From: Schmidtea nova
Taxonomy: Eukaryota
Assembly (NCBI GenBank): GCA_044892505.1
Contig: CM097883.1
Span: forward strand, 347,262,001-347,326,000
DNA length: 64,000 bases
Direction: 5' to 3'
The position numbers and the translations under genes are program-made. How positions within the stretch are numbered: position 1 is the first letter of the stretch; each line of letters begins with the position of its first letter. The notes beneath the pieces are model-generated. The model was given only the letters and a program-made list of their open reading frames with translations. It made no database searches and had not been told where the DNA came from. Of this stretch, positions 27,604-39,557 are shown piece by piece.

Positions 27604-28942
27604 TCAATTGACTGTAACCGTCTTCTTCAGTGATATTTCGTCACTTGTTGTTTGTGTTTCCTTTTCTTTGCATACTTTCCGTTTCAATGCTCTTTTTACT
27701 CTTACTGCATTACTTTTTATGACATTGAGTTTTCCTTCCCTTATTACTTCAGCTTTTTGTACGGGTATTGTTTGAATTATATCCACTGTATGGAACTCTT
27801 GCTCGATTCCCTGGATTTTTGATTCCTTTTTCTCTTTCGGCTCATCCAATGTTTCATCTGTTAATAATAATTTTCTTTTCCTATACTCATTTAGTGAACA
27901 TATTTTCTTGGCTACTGGTTCTACATAACCCACATCATGTTGCCATTGGCTCTCGATAGCCAGATAAATTCTCCTGTATCTTCCAAGGCTGAATTATTCC
28001 CTTTTGCATTTTAATGTCACATATCTCTTCGGCTACTATTGATAATTTGAACCATTTTCCATTACTTGCAACTTTTCCCGAATTCCCCACAATTCGTTTG
28101 GCTTCACTCCACTGTAATAATTCGATTTGTAAATCATACCCCATTAGGATTTTTCGAGCTGTTAATTCACGGACTTTCTTCATGCTTTGATATTGATCTT
28201 CTTGATTTCTTGACATTTTATCTGTGATTCCGTGAATTTGTGTTACGAAATTTTTCAATTTTTCTCTTTGAGTTATCAATGAGCTATATAATATTTTGCC
28301 CGAGTACTCTATTAAGCAGATGGACAATGGGATCATTTTATTTTCCTCACTTACTCCATACTCGGCGTCTATGAATATGATATTCCTCCTGATTTCTTCA
28401 TTGGATATTTTTCTTCGTAAAAATGATTTTCTATGCTTCAGCATCTCCTCATTAATTGGCATCAAGCTATTTTCTTCCTCATTTGATAGAATTTGTTCTA
28501 TCATCGCATTGCGGAAATTCTCAACCTGCATTCCAAAAAAAAACCCAACTCTGTTAGCCGCTCCCATTTTCTTCATCCAAATCTCTTTTGGAATTCTCCA
28601 TGACGTGTTGTTCGCCATTGTCTTAAAAATTGTCCCATCGTTTTCAAGAATTTCTACAGTTCCCTCAAAAACGTTAACTTCCCAATTTTCTTCCTTTTAT
28701 CTCAACAAGAGCTCTGAAAACTTCATGTTTGATCTCCAATCCATTTCTATTAGGCAGATTCTCATTTCTTCTTTTCCATTTCTGGCCCAATTTTGGATTT
28801 TTAAATTTTCTTCCATTAAATTGATTTTTTCGGTACGACTCCTGTTTTCTCTATAATATTGAGCATACAATTTGGTGGGTTTGTTTATTTGTTGCATTGA
28901 ATTAAATATCTTCCTTTGTGATTTTGAATGAGTATTTTTCAA
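27604..28942 (-). pseudogene. Accessory ORF with REX4/ISG20-like DEDDh 3'-5' exonuclease domain (27935-28618 is the main piece)
   Basis: ExoI IFIDAEY (D 28367-28369, E 28361-28363), NFVTQIHGIT, ExoII KILMGYDLQIEL. ExoIII is recovered as MQKGI(H)SALED by restoring one C near 27995, and that frame continues into ORF 27604-27933. Confidence 0.8.
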
Positions 28943-29149
28943 GTCAGTTTTTTTTGAAAACCGCTATTTTTTATACACAAAGTTTCGTTGACCAATCAAA
29001 TCACACAACCAATAATTTTAATTTAAAATTTTAATAAAAAGGTATTGTTTGTTTTAATAAAGTATAAATCACTGAAAGGATATGAAAGAATATTAAAGAA
29101 AGTATTACTACGTACTGTCAATATCATGCAATGAAATAGTATCTTACTA

Positions 29150-30153
29150 TACAAATGTTTCTAACCACCTCATTCTCAGTGGTTTCGAGTACCGTGAATG
29201 ATTGTTAGTCTTGTCCGTTTTTGAGGTGATGACGATGTAAATGAGTAGAATACCGCTTGGGATTATCATAATTACGCATATGAGAAATGCATCAACACAA
29301 TTATGAATAGATATTTTTTTCAGAGTTCGTCGATTGATTATTGTTTTTTAACAATGATAGAGTTAGATTGCGATTATCCTTTTTTTTCTTTTGAGACGTT
29401 ATTATTAAGCAAGTTAATAAGTTTATTTTCAATAAAGGTTATTTGCCTTATATCCGGATTTGTTTTTCGTTTACAATACTGGATCTTCATCATGAATTTG
29501 TTTGATCTTGTTTTGGTTTCTGTAGTTCGAGGGTTGAGCTTTGCTGTTGTCTGGTGCTCATCCAGCACCACCTGAATCTTATTATTTATAAAAATATTTA
29601 TTCTTTCTTGATATTTACTCCTGCGTGAAACAGTTATTTCGTTATTATTGGTTTCCACTTTAACTCGATCCGTTTCGTTACTGAGATATATTATTTCGTA
29701 ATGAGTTTATACCTTTGTCCATCGATTATTCATATAGGTTCCATTATCATTAAAGAGTTTCTCGTAATATACTATTGAAAGACTGTAAGTGAGATTTTAT
29801 TGTAAGTTTTCGTATTTGACAAAAGATCTCCTATTATTTAGCGTGTCGATAGTATAGTTTTGAAAAATAATTTTAACTTTCTGTTGGTTTTCTGCTTTCC
29901 AATACACATGGATTTCGTTTACCATAGGTTCAATTTCAACAAAATTTCTCCACTCTTTTGTCATTATGTGAATTTGTATTAGATTGTAAATCTTTTGAGT
30001 TGCATTTCTTTGAGGATTACGTTGCGTAATTGTCTAAATATATTTATAGTTTGTCGTCAATTCTCGCGCTACGTACACATTTTTATCGTAGTTTAATGTA
30101 ATCAATGGTTCAAATGGATTTAACAGATTGTTAATTTCTATTTGCTCTTTAAT
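29150..30153 (-). pseudogene. Decayed type I membrane glycoprotein with FN3-like repeats
   Basis: One frame with three stops: YVARELTTNYKYI, EIHVYW, VKYENLQ*NLTYSLSIVY (FN3-like); sequons NAT/NYT/NLT/NGT/NET; after one frameshift a TM-like AFLICVIMIIPSGILLIYIVIT (~29223-29289). The N-terminus lies in or beyond the N gap. Confidence 0.5.
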
Positions 30154-30875
30154 NNNNNNNNNNNNNNNNNNNNNNNNNNNNNNNNNNNNNNNNNNNNNNN
30201 NNNNNNNNNNNNNNNNNNNNNNNNNNNNNNNNNNNNNNNNNNNNNNNNNNNNNNNNNNNNNNNNNNNNNNNNNNNNNNNNNNNTATTATGTTTAGTTATA
30301 TAAAGTTTGTTGTTAAGCTTTATGTTAGTCGGGAAGATATTGAAGAGTCCGAGAGAGTCTTCCAAAAAAGTTTCGTGTGGAGACCCTCGGGGTGTGTGCT
30401 TATATAATGCAGGGTTCTACACAATTCGAAATTGGAAAATGAAAAACAAAATAAAATAACAATTTAACAGATTTAGTAAAAAAATGTATTAACGTTACTT
30501 TAAAAAATTTCTTTCAAACTATGAGGGATTTGTTTAGAGAATGGTTGAATTGACCTCGACAACTTTCTTTGTAGGAATGGTTTTCAGTTTTTTTCAGTTT
30601 ATAAATCACTATGTTGGAAATCAACCTCGACCACTTTCTTTGTAGGAATTGTTTTTAATTAATATTTTTAATTTGTCAATTGATTTTTTCTTTACTATAG
30701 TTTATTACTATAGTTAATTCTATTTAAAATTCAAAAGTTAAATTTTATTATAAAAATTATAATATTTATGCAAAAATAACTTAAGGAGGGTTACAACGCC
30801 TTCACAATAATAATAACAATAACAGATAATAATAAAGACACATTTGCAAAATAATAAATATTAACAATTCATTAC

Positions 30876-31944
30876 ATAACTTCCCCCTTTAAAACCGGAG
30901 GTTAACATGAGTAATAAAAATCGAGTCCTAACGTTTTAACAACGACAAACAGAAATTGTTTTATTTTATTTTTGTTTTGTTTTACAAAGATTTAACAATA
31001 AAAGTTAAATATTTACAAAAAAAATAATAAAAAACTGTACAATTAACTTTGTTTGTGCATGTGTTTTGCTTGTTTATGTTTTTATTTAAAGCATTCACTG
31101 TATCGTTTTATGTATTGGGGTGTGATTATTGTCTTTGTCGAAAAGTTTTATTGTGTTTTTGTTTGTGTCGGTGCTTTGTCTTTTGTGGGGATGTTTGAGT
31201 TGTTTTGATTGTTGTGGTACGGTTTTATTCGTCTTAAATTAATTCTTGTTTTGACGTTGTCTTTTATTATTGTTGCTGCGTTTTTGTTAACTTCGAGCAG
31301 TTTGAATGGGCTTTCGTATTTTGGTTCGAAACTTTTTGTGAAGGGCTTTTTAATCAAGATGTAGTATGTCGTTAGAACTACTTTTCCATCCATTTCGGAG
31401 TTCGCTCTCTTTTTTAGAATTCCTTTTAATTTCTTTTCTAAGTTTTCTTTGTTTTTGTTGGTTATTATTTGTATGTTTGTTTGTTCGTTGTTTTTTATGT
31501 TTGTTTTAAGTGAGGGTGATCCGCGTTTTTGTCGAAGGTTACTGGTTCGATGAGTTTTCCGAATTTTTCCAGTAGTTTATTTATTTCTGGGCCATGATTC
31601 AGTTTTTGTTTTGATTTATTGTTAGTTGGACCCATTTGGATAACACCAATGTCAACTTTTGAATTGGTTGTCGCCATGGTTTTGACGGTTTCTTTGTTTG
31701 AGTTTGTGTTTTCCGTTAGTGTTTTATTTCGGCAGTCTACTGTGAGGTTGTAGTGTGCCAGAAAGTCAGCTCCTATTATGGATTGTTGAACACCAGCGAT
31801 TATGAATGTCCAGCTGTATTTCTTTGATTTCAAGGTTAGGGTGTGTTCACCAAATGTTTTTATGATTTTATCCAATAATGGTACTTTATTTACTGCATAA
31901 GGTAAATAAATTTCCATCCCTTTCGTATTTGTTATTATACTCAA
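30876..31944 (-). mobile_element. Internally deleted Gypsy segment: protease C-half joined to integrase C-tail, then PPT
   Basis: IKTFGEHTLTL...WTFIIAGVQQSIIGADFLAHYNL (31495-31944); FEPKYESPFKLL...INLRRIKP (GPF/Y tail, 31148-31393); AAAGGGGGAA PPT at 30881-30890 followed by TGTAA; no RT, RH or IN core. Confidence 0.75.
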
Positions 31945-32230
31945 TAAAACTGGTTATAAATAAAACTTTGTTCTTGTAACTCACTGGAGCTTGATTCTTT
32001 TGTAATTTTTGCTTAATGATGATTTCATCATTAAGTTTCTTTTGTTTTGATCGTAATTAATATTCTATTTCAGATACCTTTTTACATCGATTGGTTTGAA
32101 CAAAGATTGTTTCTGCTTTTTTATTATTAATCGAACGTAGCTTTAAATTAGTTGCTGTTGCATCACAGAAATTATATGGGGATATAAATGGTCTTTGTAA
32201 TTTTGTTGATAGGCCTTTCACTGGTTCCGA

Positions 32231-33464
32231 CTAATTCAAATATACTAAATCTCCAGTTTTTATTCCATAAGCTTCATTATTTTCGTCCTGAAATCTTATT
32301 GTTCGCTTTAATATTGGCCTTTGAAATTTATTAGCATTTCTGGGACAGGATCTCGCAATATGTCCGTAATTTCTACACAGATGGCATTGAATTTGTCCGT
32401 TCAAATTCACATTGTCTCGCTGTTGCGATGGTGAAATTGATGGTGATCTTGATCTTGATCTTGAAAAACAATTTCTGGAAACATGTCTTTTTCTACAACA
32501 GCGATAACATTGCACCTCATTAGAATTTGATTTAACCTCAGGAACTGCTCTTCGAAAATGTGTTCCCCTATCATTGTTACGCCAATCTTGGGTTATTCTC
32601 CTGGGTACACTATCAGAATTATTTTTAAATCAACACTGGTTTGCATAGTGGCCAATCTTCTTGCAATTTTCACACTGAATAACTTTAGATCTCTCAGCGC
32701 CTTGAAGAACGGTTTGATATATTTATATTGACCTCGTTTCTCCATTTGGGTGATGGGCTTTTCGGTCGTTGGAATCTATTTTGTGGCTCCCAATTGTTTT
32801 AAGTTGGTGTAATTGATCTTTCTCATTGAGCTGGATTAATTGCGAAAACATCAGATTTGTTTTAAGTCTCTTTAAATTTAATTCAATTTTCATTGCCTTT
32901 TTAACTAATTCATCAAAATTGTCATAATCTACAAAGCATAATGCCGGTTTTATCTCCTTATTTATTCCTGACAAAAATTGGTTTTGGATTAGCTATTGCA
33001 TATGTGGGGATAGACCTGGTTGTTTCGAATCTCCTTCAAATGATTTGCTTGCGAGTTTCGACAAATTATAAGCAAATTCACTCACTGTTTTATTTATATT
33101 TTGAACTTTTGACACATTAATCTTTTGATGTATCCTCTAATAAGTTTCGCAGCTAAAGCATCCTTTAACTTTGCCCAATCATTGCCAATTATTTTATTAT
33201 ATGTTGCCAAACCTCTCTAGCTGCTCTTTTAAGATATAAATGTAATCTATGAATCATAATTGCTTGAGACCATCCGTATGCCGTTGTATACATTTAGTAA
33301 TCGCTCATAAAATCAACAAAAATAACTGGATCTCGTCCATATTTTTCTACGGGTAACTTTTGACAACTAACAAAATCATTATTTTCTTTAAAAACTAAAG
33401 CTGGCAAATCTTCACTAATTATGGGTTCCTTTTTACTCTTGCTTCGTAAATTATACCGACTCAC
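32231..33464 (-). pseudogene. Gypsy gag with three CCHC zinc knuckles (decayed)
   Basis: SRYNLRSK...SCQKLPVEKYGRDPVIFVDFMSDY is homologous to the 20625 gag; knuckles CENCKKIGHYANQC (~32634-32675), CYRCCRKRHVSRNC and CHLCRNYGHIARSC. Confidence 0.85.
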
Positions 33465-33681
33465 TTTAATAAATTATTTTCTCAAATTACACAAAATCTA
33501 AATTTCAAAATTATTACTACAATCAATAACATTGTCACAATCTCGTTGAATAATTTTTCTTTATCACAATTTATATGCACTCCTTTTTCAATAAATTTTT
33601 ATTCAATAATTCTCCACCAATTTTGATCACGTCAGATTATGGTACAACTGTTTTTACTCAATAATATTTTCACCAACTTTG

Positions 33682-33699
33682 ATCACGTCGGGCTCACCA
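33682..33699 (-). promoter_or_regulatory. Primer binding site, tRNA-Trp type
   Basis: atcacgtcgggctcacca is the exact reverse complement of the 20288-20305 PBS and lies 5 nt from the LTR end. Confidence 0.85.
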
Positions 33700-33704
33700 A
33701 AATA

Positions 33705-34673
33705 TGTTGGCTTATTGGGTTGTTGGTAAAATGCAAAAGTTACCAATCAAATCTCAGACTCCAAAGCGTGCTTTATTTGATCCACTAAATAACAATTCTC
33801 AGAAAATATAACTTTTATTGATTATCACAGTTAATTACACGAATTATAACAACACGATCGATTCAATACTTAAGTAGGCAATTATACTGAGCTTATTATA
33901 ACACTTCGTGAGGAATAGCTCCGAGTGTTTAATAACCAAATACCCTAATAATCACTAGCCGCTGATTGACTCAACATTTGGGTAAATTGCTTTCGATTGT
34001 CCTTGTGCTTTGACTTGACTTTATAAACTATACCCTGACTCTTATTCAATCCAAATTTCTTTACACCGTTCAGTTAAATTATTTCGATCTCTGTTCTTCA
34101 CAATATCACGAAATTATACAATTTAAATCTTCCGTTTTCCAATTATCGCTCAACTTTCAAACCCAATTTGAATACCTTTTCACTTCTGATATAATTCAGA
34201 TGACTTTCGCTTTTATAACTTGCCATCGTCCAGCACTCATGACACTTCGTCCTTCCCACTCCTGTCTCTAGAATTTACAATTTTCTTTTTTCAACTCCCA
34301 TGTTGCCTTGACAGTTCGGCACTGGGGGTAATTTGTTTTTTTTTCATTTCTGCTTCTGGCATTTTGCATACCTTTTTATAGTTCCCACATTATCTCCGAC
34401 CGATGTAGAGACGCTGAATTTGTTTTAGTGTTTGTTTTTTCTTTTCCAATTTTTGAATTCCTTTCTGTTTCCTTGCACTTATTAATTATAAGTGACCTTT
34501 CTCCGTTTTATTTTCGAGTTTCTTTTCTTCTGTTATTCCTTCTTCATTTCTCACATTTTTGCTTTTCTGCCTTCTTCTCCGAACTCCAGAATGCTATCTC
34601 AATCACCCTATCGGTATTCCCCAAGATATTCAAATTTTCTATGATATTATTTGTTATTTAGGTATCCTCAACA
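33705..34673 (-). mobile_element. 5' LTR (family B, ~970 bp)
   Basis: Plus strand begins tgttgg at 33705 and ends ctcaaca at 34673; adjacent to PBS and gag; homologous to 6810-7675. Confidence 0.7.
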
Positions 34674-35208
34674 AAGTGAAAATCACCAAAACCCAACACA
34701 ATAAATTTTATTGAATTCCACCAAATTACAAACGATAAATCAATATAATTTGTATTTTCTGCAAAACACTCAGCACTCTCATTTATTCAAGTGTTGGGTA
34801 TGGTAGTTTATTCAGTTTATTCTAGGGCTATGTCTATTTACACCAACATAAGTTGAATCTTTATCCGCCATGGGCACCCGCAAAATTCCCTAGACAAATC
34901 TTGCAGCGATACTGTGCCGATGTGGCCCATACCAAATGGGTAGGTGAGCGGCCGAAAAGGTCACTATTCTCCATTTTCGTACGCTCGAGTTCATGGCCGA
35001 TGGAAGGCCCATATTCCTTACCTTTGGTCTCTCCCATACTCCTTATTTAACTAGCACTTTTCTATACCGAAACACAAATCAAGCAATGAAATCGAAATGA
35101 ATTTTATTGATCTATCACATAGGTCTTATTGTGTGTAATAAATCAGCTTTGGCGAGGCCACTTAGCCAATCCACTTGGATTCACCTGATCAGCGTAGGTG
35201 CGGTGCTG

Positions 35209-35690
35209 TCAGCATCGTTCCGCTTCCATTCGATTACATTTCTTCGGGCTGGCAATGACTTGTGATTCTGGCGAAATTGCTTTCTCGAAGTTGTTGAGAA
35301 TCAGATCTGGCTCGACAACACTAGTCGGCTCGATTAAGTTCGCGACTGGGGACTGTTGAGTCCACCTTATTAGGTGATAGGTCTGATCTGGGCCGCTAAT
35401 TGGTTTCCGATGTAGTTGCGATATCGATCGCAAGAATGCTTTTAGTTTGCTTCGAGCTCTACCGACTGTTCTTCCAGGGTTCTCCGCGCTCACTCCGCTT
35501 TTTGGACTTGTTCTCGCATTCGCGCCGGAGAAAAATATAACTGTTTTACTTGCTCGAGTTCTTGAGCCTGTCGAGCGACAGTGACCTTGGCCACTTGGTT
35601 TTCCTGTCGGAGAGTGTCACATCTCTGGCGTGGTTCCTTTGGCGTACTGTTGTCCGAGGCTATATTTTCTAAAGTAAGGTACATCTTCAT
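35209..35690 (-). other. Decayed coiled-coil-like ORF(s), probably TE accessory
   Basis: CDTLRQENQVAKVTVARQAQELEQVKQ...EARRTLEEQSVELEAN has a heptad-like character and higher GC than the flanks; no family recognised. Confidence 0.3.
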
Positions 35691-36061
35691 TTATGGGAGG
35701 AGTGGACCCCTTTTCTTATAGTTTCCGGTCAACCTTTTGGAATTTGGTAATCTCATAAGTAGAATTGTTTATACGATGTTCATGTCTGTATTCTTCTCAT
35801 TTCGATGTCGTCGTTTACGACCATTTTATGTCATCATTTTTCAGAATTCGAGGCCATGAGTTAAAAAGATGTGGTGATTTGTTTCAGGTTATGACAATTC
35901 AACGTCATTATAGAGACTCAATTAGTTTTAATTTTTCATTAATTTCACTTTCGTCACCCATATACAAAACATCAGCTAGCTCCTCGCAATTTCCATCGGA
36001 CTCCCTTTTCTCATTTCGCAATCATTTGTTACAGTAATTATTTGAAATTCAAATATTCTTG

Positions 36062-36120
<59 letters not shown>

Positions 36121-37651
36121 TTGGACTCCCTCCCTGTCAAAAAAGAGAAATAAAGCAAGCAGAATCTTTATAGTAATTCTTATACTATAGAGATTAAAAC
36201 ATCAATGAAAAAATTGAAAAAATTAATTTCTTTGATTTATGAATATTGTTTTGATATGAAAGATTAAAATAATAATAATTATTATCTATGGTTCGTATTT
36301 ATCTTTATTTTTATTTAATAAATTGTTTTTTCAATTATATTTTATCTAGTTATTGTTTTTGAATCATTCATTAATATTGCAAACACAACATGCACAAGCA
36401 CACATAGGCGCAGTCGAACATAGCATTCACCCCAGCTGTCGCAAAACAAATTTTAAAGGAGACTGGCTGGGCTCAACAAACGCTTCATAACATTAGTAAT
36501 AACATTAATAAAACCATTTATACATGTGTTGAGGTTCCGAGAATCTCAATTTGATGTTTCTTATATAAATAAAAACAAGTCTGGTTCTTTTCGAAGACTT
36601 TATTTATTTATAACAATTACAAATTTGATAAAAATAAACGATTACCTCAAAGATAATAATTTTTAGTTATTTTGTATGTATATGTATGTGTGTGTAAGTG
36701 CTTGCAGTTTCCTGAGCTCGGATGTAAAAATTTTGTATGCTCGATTTTAATTTACAAATCGTTTACCGAATTTGTAATTCTTCTTAACTGTGTAAGATTT
36801 TAATGGTGGTTAGACTGAGAAATCAGTCTGGTTATTTACCAATTTTCTGTTGACACTCTATTTCGAGTGTCAACATACTTTGCTTTTGCGTATTTATTTT
36901 TTAATTACACAAAATGTGCTTTATTTATTTTAGAGTGCCTTTTATTTGCTAACATATATCGAGCTTCTTTTGCTCGTTAAATAATTATAATATTTTTTTC
37001 TTTTTTATAATAAAATAATAATTTTGCTAATAACAACAATAGTTATAATTTTCACCACAAGTAATAAGGGTAACAGTGTTTTTCATCAAATCTAAAAATT
37101 CCACCATGAGACAGCATCGCTTGACGAGGTTGAGCATGAGGTTGACAACGACCCAAGAGTAGCAAATTACACCGAAGTTTAATCAGATTTTCCTCCACAC
37201 GAACCCTCAAATTACACACGACCGGCAAGTTTGCATAATCTAATAATGAGTACTAGTGATGAGTGAATACATGATTTCTAAATGTTTGTACCTGGAAGGA
37301 GGGTGATTGACGGAGCAGTATGTTGAGATGCAAATGAAAATGATTCAGAATGTTCGTTTTGAACATATGAGAATTCCGGGCTGAAACGATCCTTTCCATG
37401 GTTATGGCTCGGTGAGAAAAAATAGTCAGTACGCAGTTCACCACAACAAGGAGAATAAATTACGTAGTGTTCGGTGAGGATGATACGCAAATACCAACTT
37501 ATCGTTATTTTTTCACCAAATATTAGCCAAAAATACGAAATAATCAGAAATCAGCATTGATCGATTAAATCCACAGCTAGGATCAATCCAATAAATTCCG
37601 TCGCCGATTCAACAGTTAACCAAATGCTGCACAACTCGATTTGAACCCAAG

Positions 37652-37652
<1 letters not shown>

Positions 37653-37737
<85 letters not shown>
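37653..37737. repeat. (AT)n microsatellite
   Basis: Direct reading; other (AT)n tracts at ~2328-2374, 18525-18543, 23632-23688 and 36068-36118. Confidence 0.95.
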
Positions 37738-37741
<4 letters not shown>

Positions 37742-38688
37742 TTAATCATATCAATATAGAAAATTAATAAAATCAATCACATAAACAATTAATACATTAC
37801 AAGGATGCAATCACAACTACAAAGATAAAATTGATTAAATAAGGATAAAACAGAATAAATTTGTCACAAAATAAAATTGTCGAAAGATAAAATAGATTGT
37901 TATTTGAATCACAAGGCTGAATGAGTTTGTGCCGTAATAGGATTGTCTAAAGATAGAATAGATTATTGTCTGAATTCCATCTTTTCATCGGGAGGGATCT
38001 TGTTAGATGATGTGTCTATGTGTATGTTTAGCCTATATCTATTTGTTCCTATGCTATAGTCTTCATCTAACTCAAATGATTCTACTATTTTCCCTGTCTC
38101 TAACACCTGTTATAAAACCACAATCTATTAAATAGTCATTTTCCTCTAATTTTCGAGGTTTATCTTTCAATTATACTATACATTCTTCCCGTTTCTCTTA
38201 ATTTATTTTTCAAATCTTTTACACGGTCATGGGCTTCACAACGTATACAATTTATACTTTTATCAATCTCATCAACAAAATAAAATAAGATCTAACCATT
38301 TGTTTTCTCTAAATGTTTTTCCAAATATTTTCATTAAAATTTTTATTTTATCTCGATTTTTTGAATTCACCTCATAGTAGTTTGCACATAAATTAATTAC
38401 ATATTTAAACTTCCTTATACTCAGTGACATCTTAGTTCCTTTACTGAACGAAACTTCCTTACGAGTTTCTAATAATTTATCACTTTTTATTATCTTTGTT
38501 GTCGATCTTACACTTTCCAGATCATCTTCTATGCATTTTCTTTTAAATTGGGTTTCCGTCGATTCCTGTTGCGAATCGTATATCATGATTATCGAACTCA
38601 TCATCTGATTCGAATTCAGACAAACTTAGACCTATTTCTTTAACTTTATTTTCGCTTTTTTCATTAAAATCATCTGATTGAACAACAG

Positions 38689-38938
38689 CTACATTATCTG
38701 TTTGCATTTTATTCTGAAATCTAATTGATATTTTAATATAGGCGTCTGAAATTTATCAATATGATCTAGCCATATTTCCGTAGCCTCTATATGAATGAAC
38801 AAAACAATTTCGTGAAACATGTCCTTTACTGTCACAATTATAACATTGTATATTATCATTAGCTCGTTGATTATTACTATTATTAAATGGTTTAACATTT
38901 TGAAATGCTGGACACCATGGCAAATATAATAAAATCAT
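38689..38938 (-). pseudogene. Gag C-terminal zinc-knuckle fragment related to 32231-32515
   Basis: NIQCYNCDSKGHVSRNCF and DKFQTPILK versus CYRCCRKRHVSRNCF and NKFQRPILK. Confidence 0.7.
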
Positions 38939-39557
38939 TCATTCATTCTACCAATTTTGAATCGGTCATAACCTTCACACTAACACCAATACAATCACTT
39001 GAAAAAAATAAAAACTGATATACATAACAACATCAATCTCATTTTGAAAAAATAATATATTTCTACGTAAATCCAATAGCTCGGTAAAACAAACTGTTCA
39101 ATAATTTAACAAAACATTCAATAAAGTTTTTATATAATATATAGTTTTTTCATTAATCAAATCTTATATTTACCAAATTTAAAAGCGACCAACAAAGTAT
39201 CATTACATAGAATTATGGATTTCTTTGGTATTAAACAATAACTAGAAAGAATTGAAAGAATTTCTAAAATGTTGGATAAAACGGTGGCAATGTAATAATA
39301 ATAAATGTAATGTAGCATAAAATTTCACACAACATTTTATATTTCGTATAACTTCGTGTTCGTGTCTTATATTTACGATTTGCAATAGTGTTGAGATTTG
39401 TTTAATCGAGTATAGTGTATATTGAAATATTTGGACATTGATTTCTGTACAATCATCAATATTTTTTAAATAGGTAAGTAAACAATAGCAGTTTTAATTT
39501 AATAACATTAGCAGTTTTAATTTAATAATTAAATTATTTTTATTAGAATATCCCAAA

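Noticed and set aside
25001-34673. Single intact LTR element bounded by 33705-34673 and 25001-25898
   Set aside because: The two LTRs belong to different diverged subfamilies, no TSD is evident, and an internal PPT and a gap intervene; linkage is left as a hypothesis
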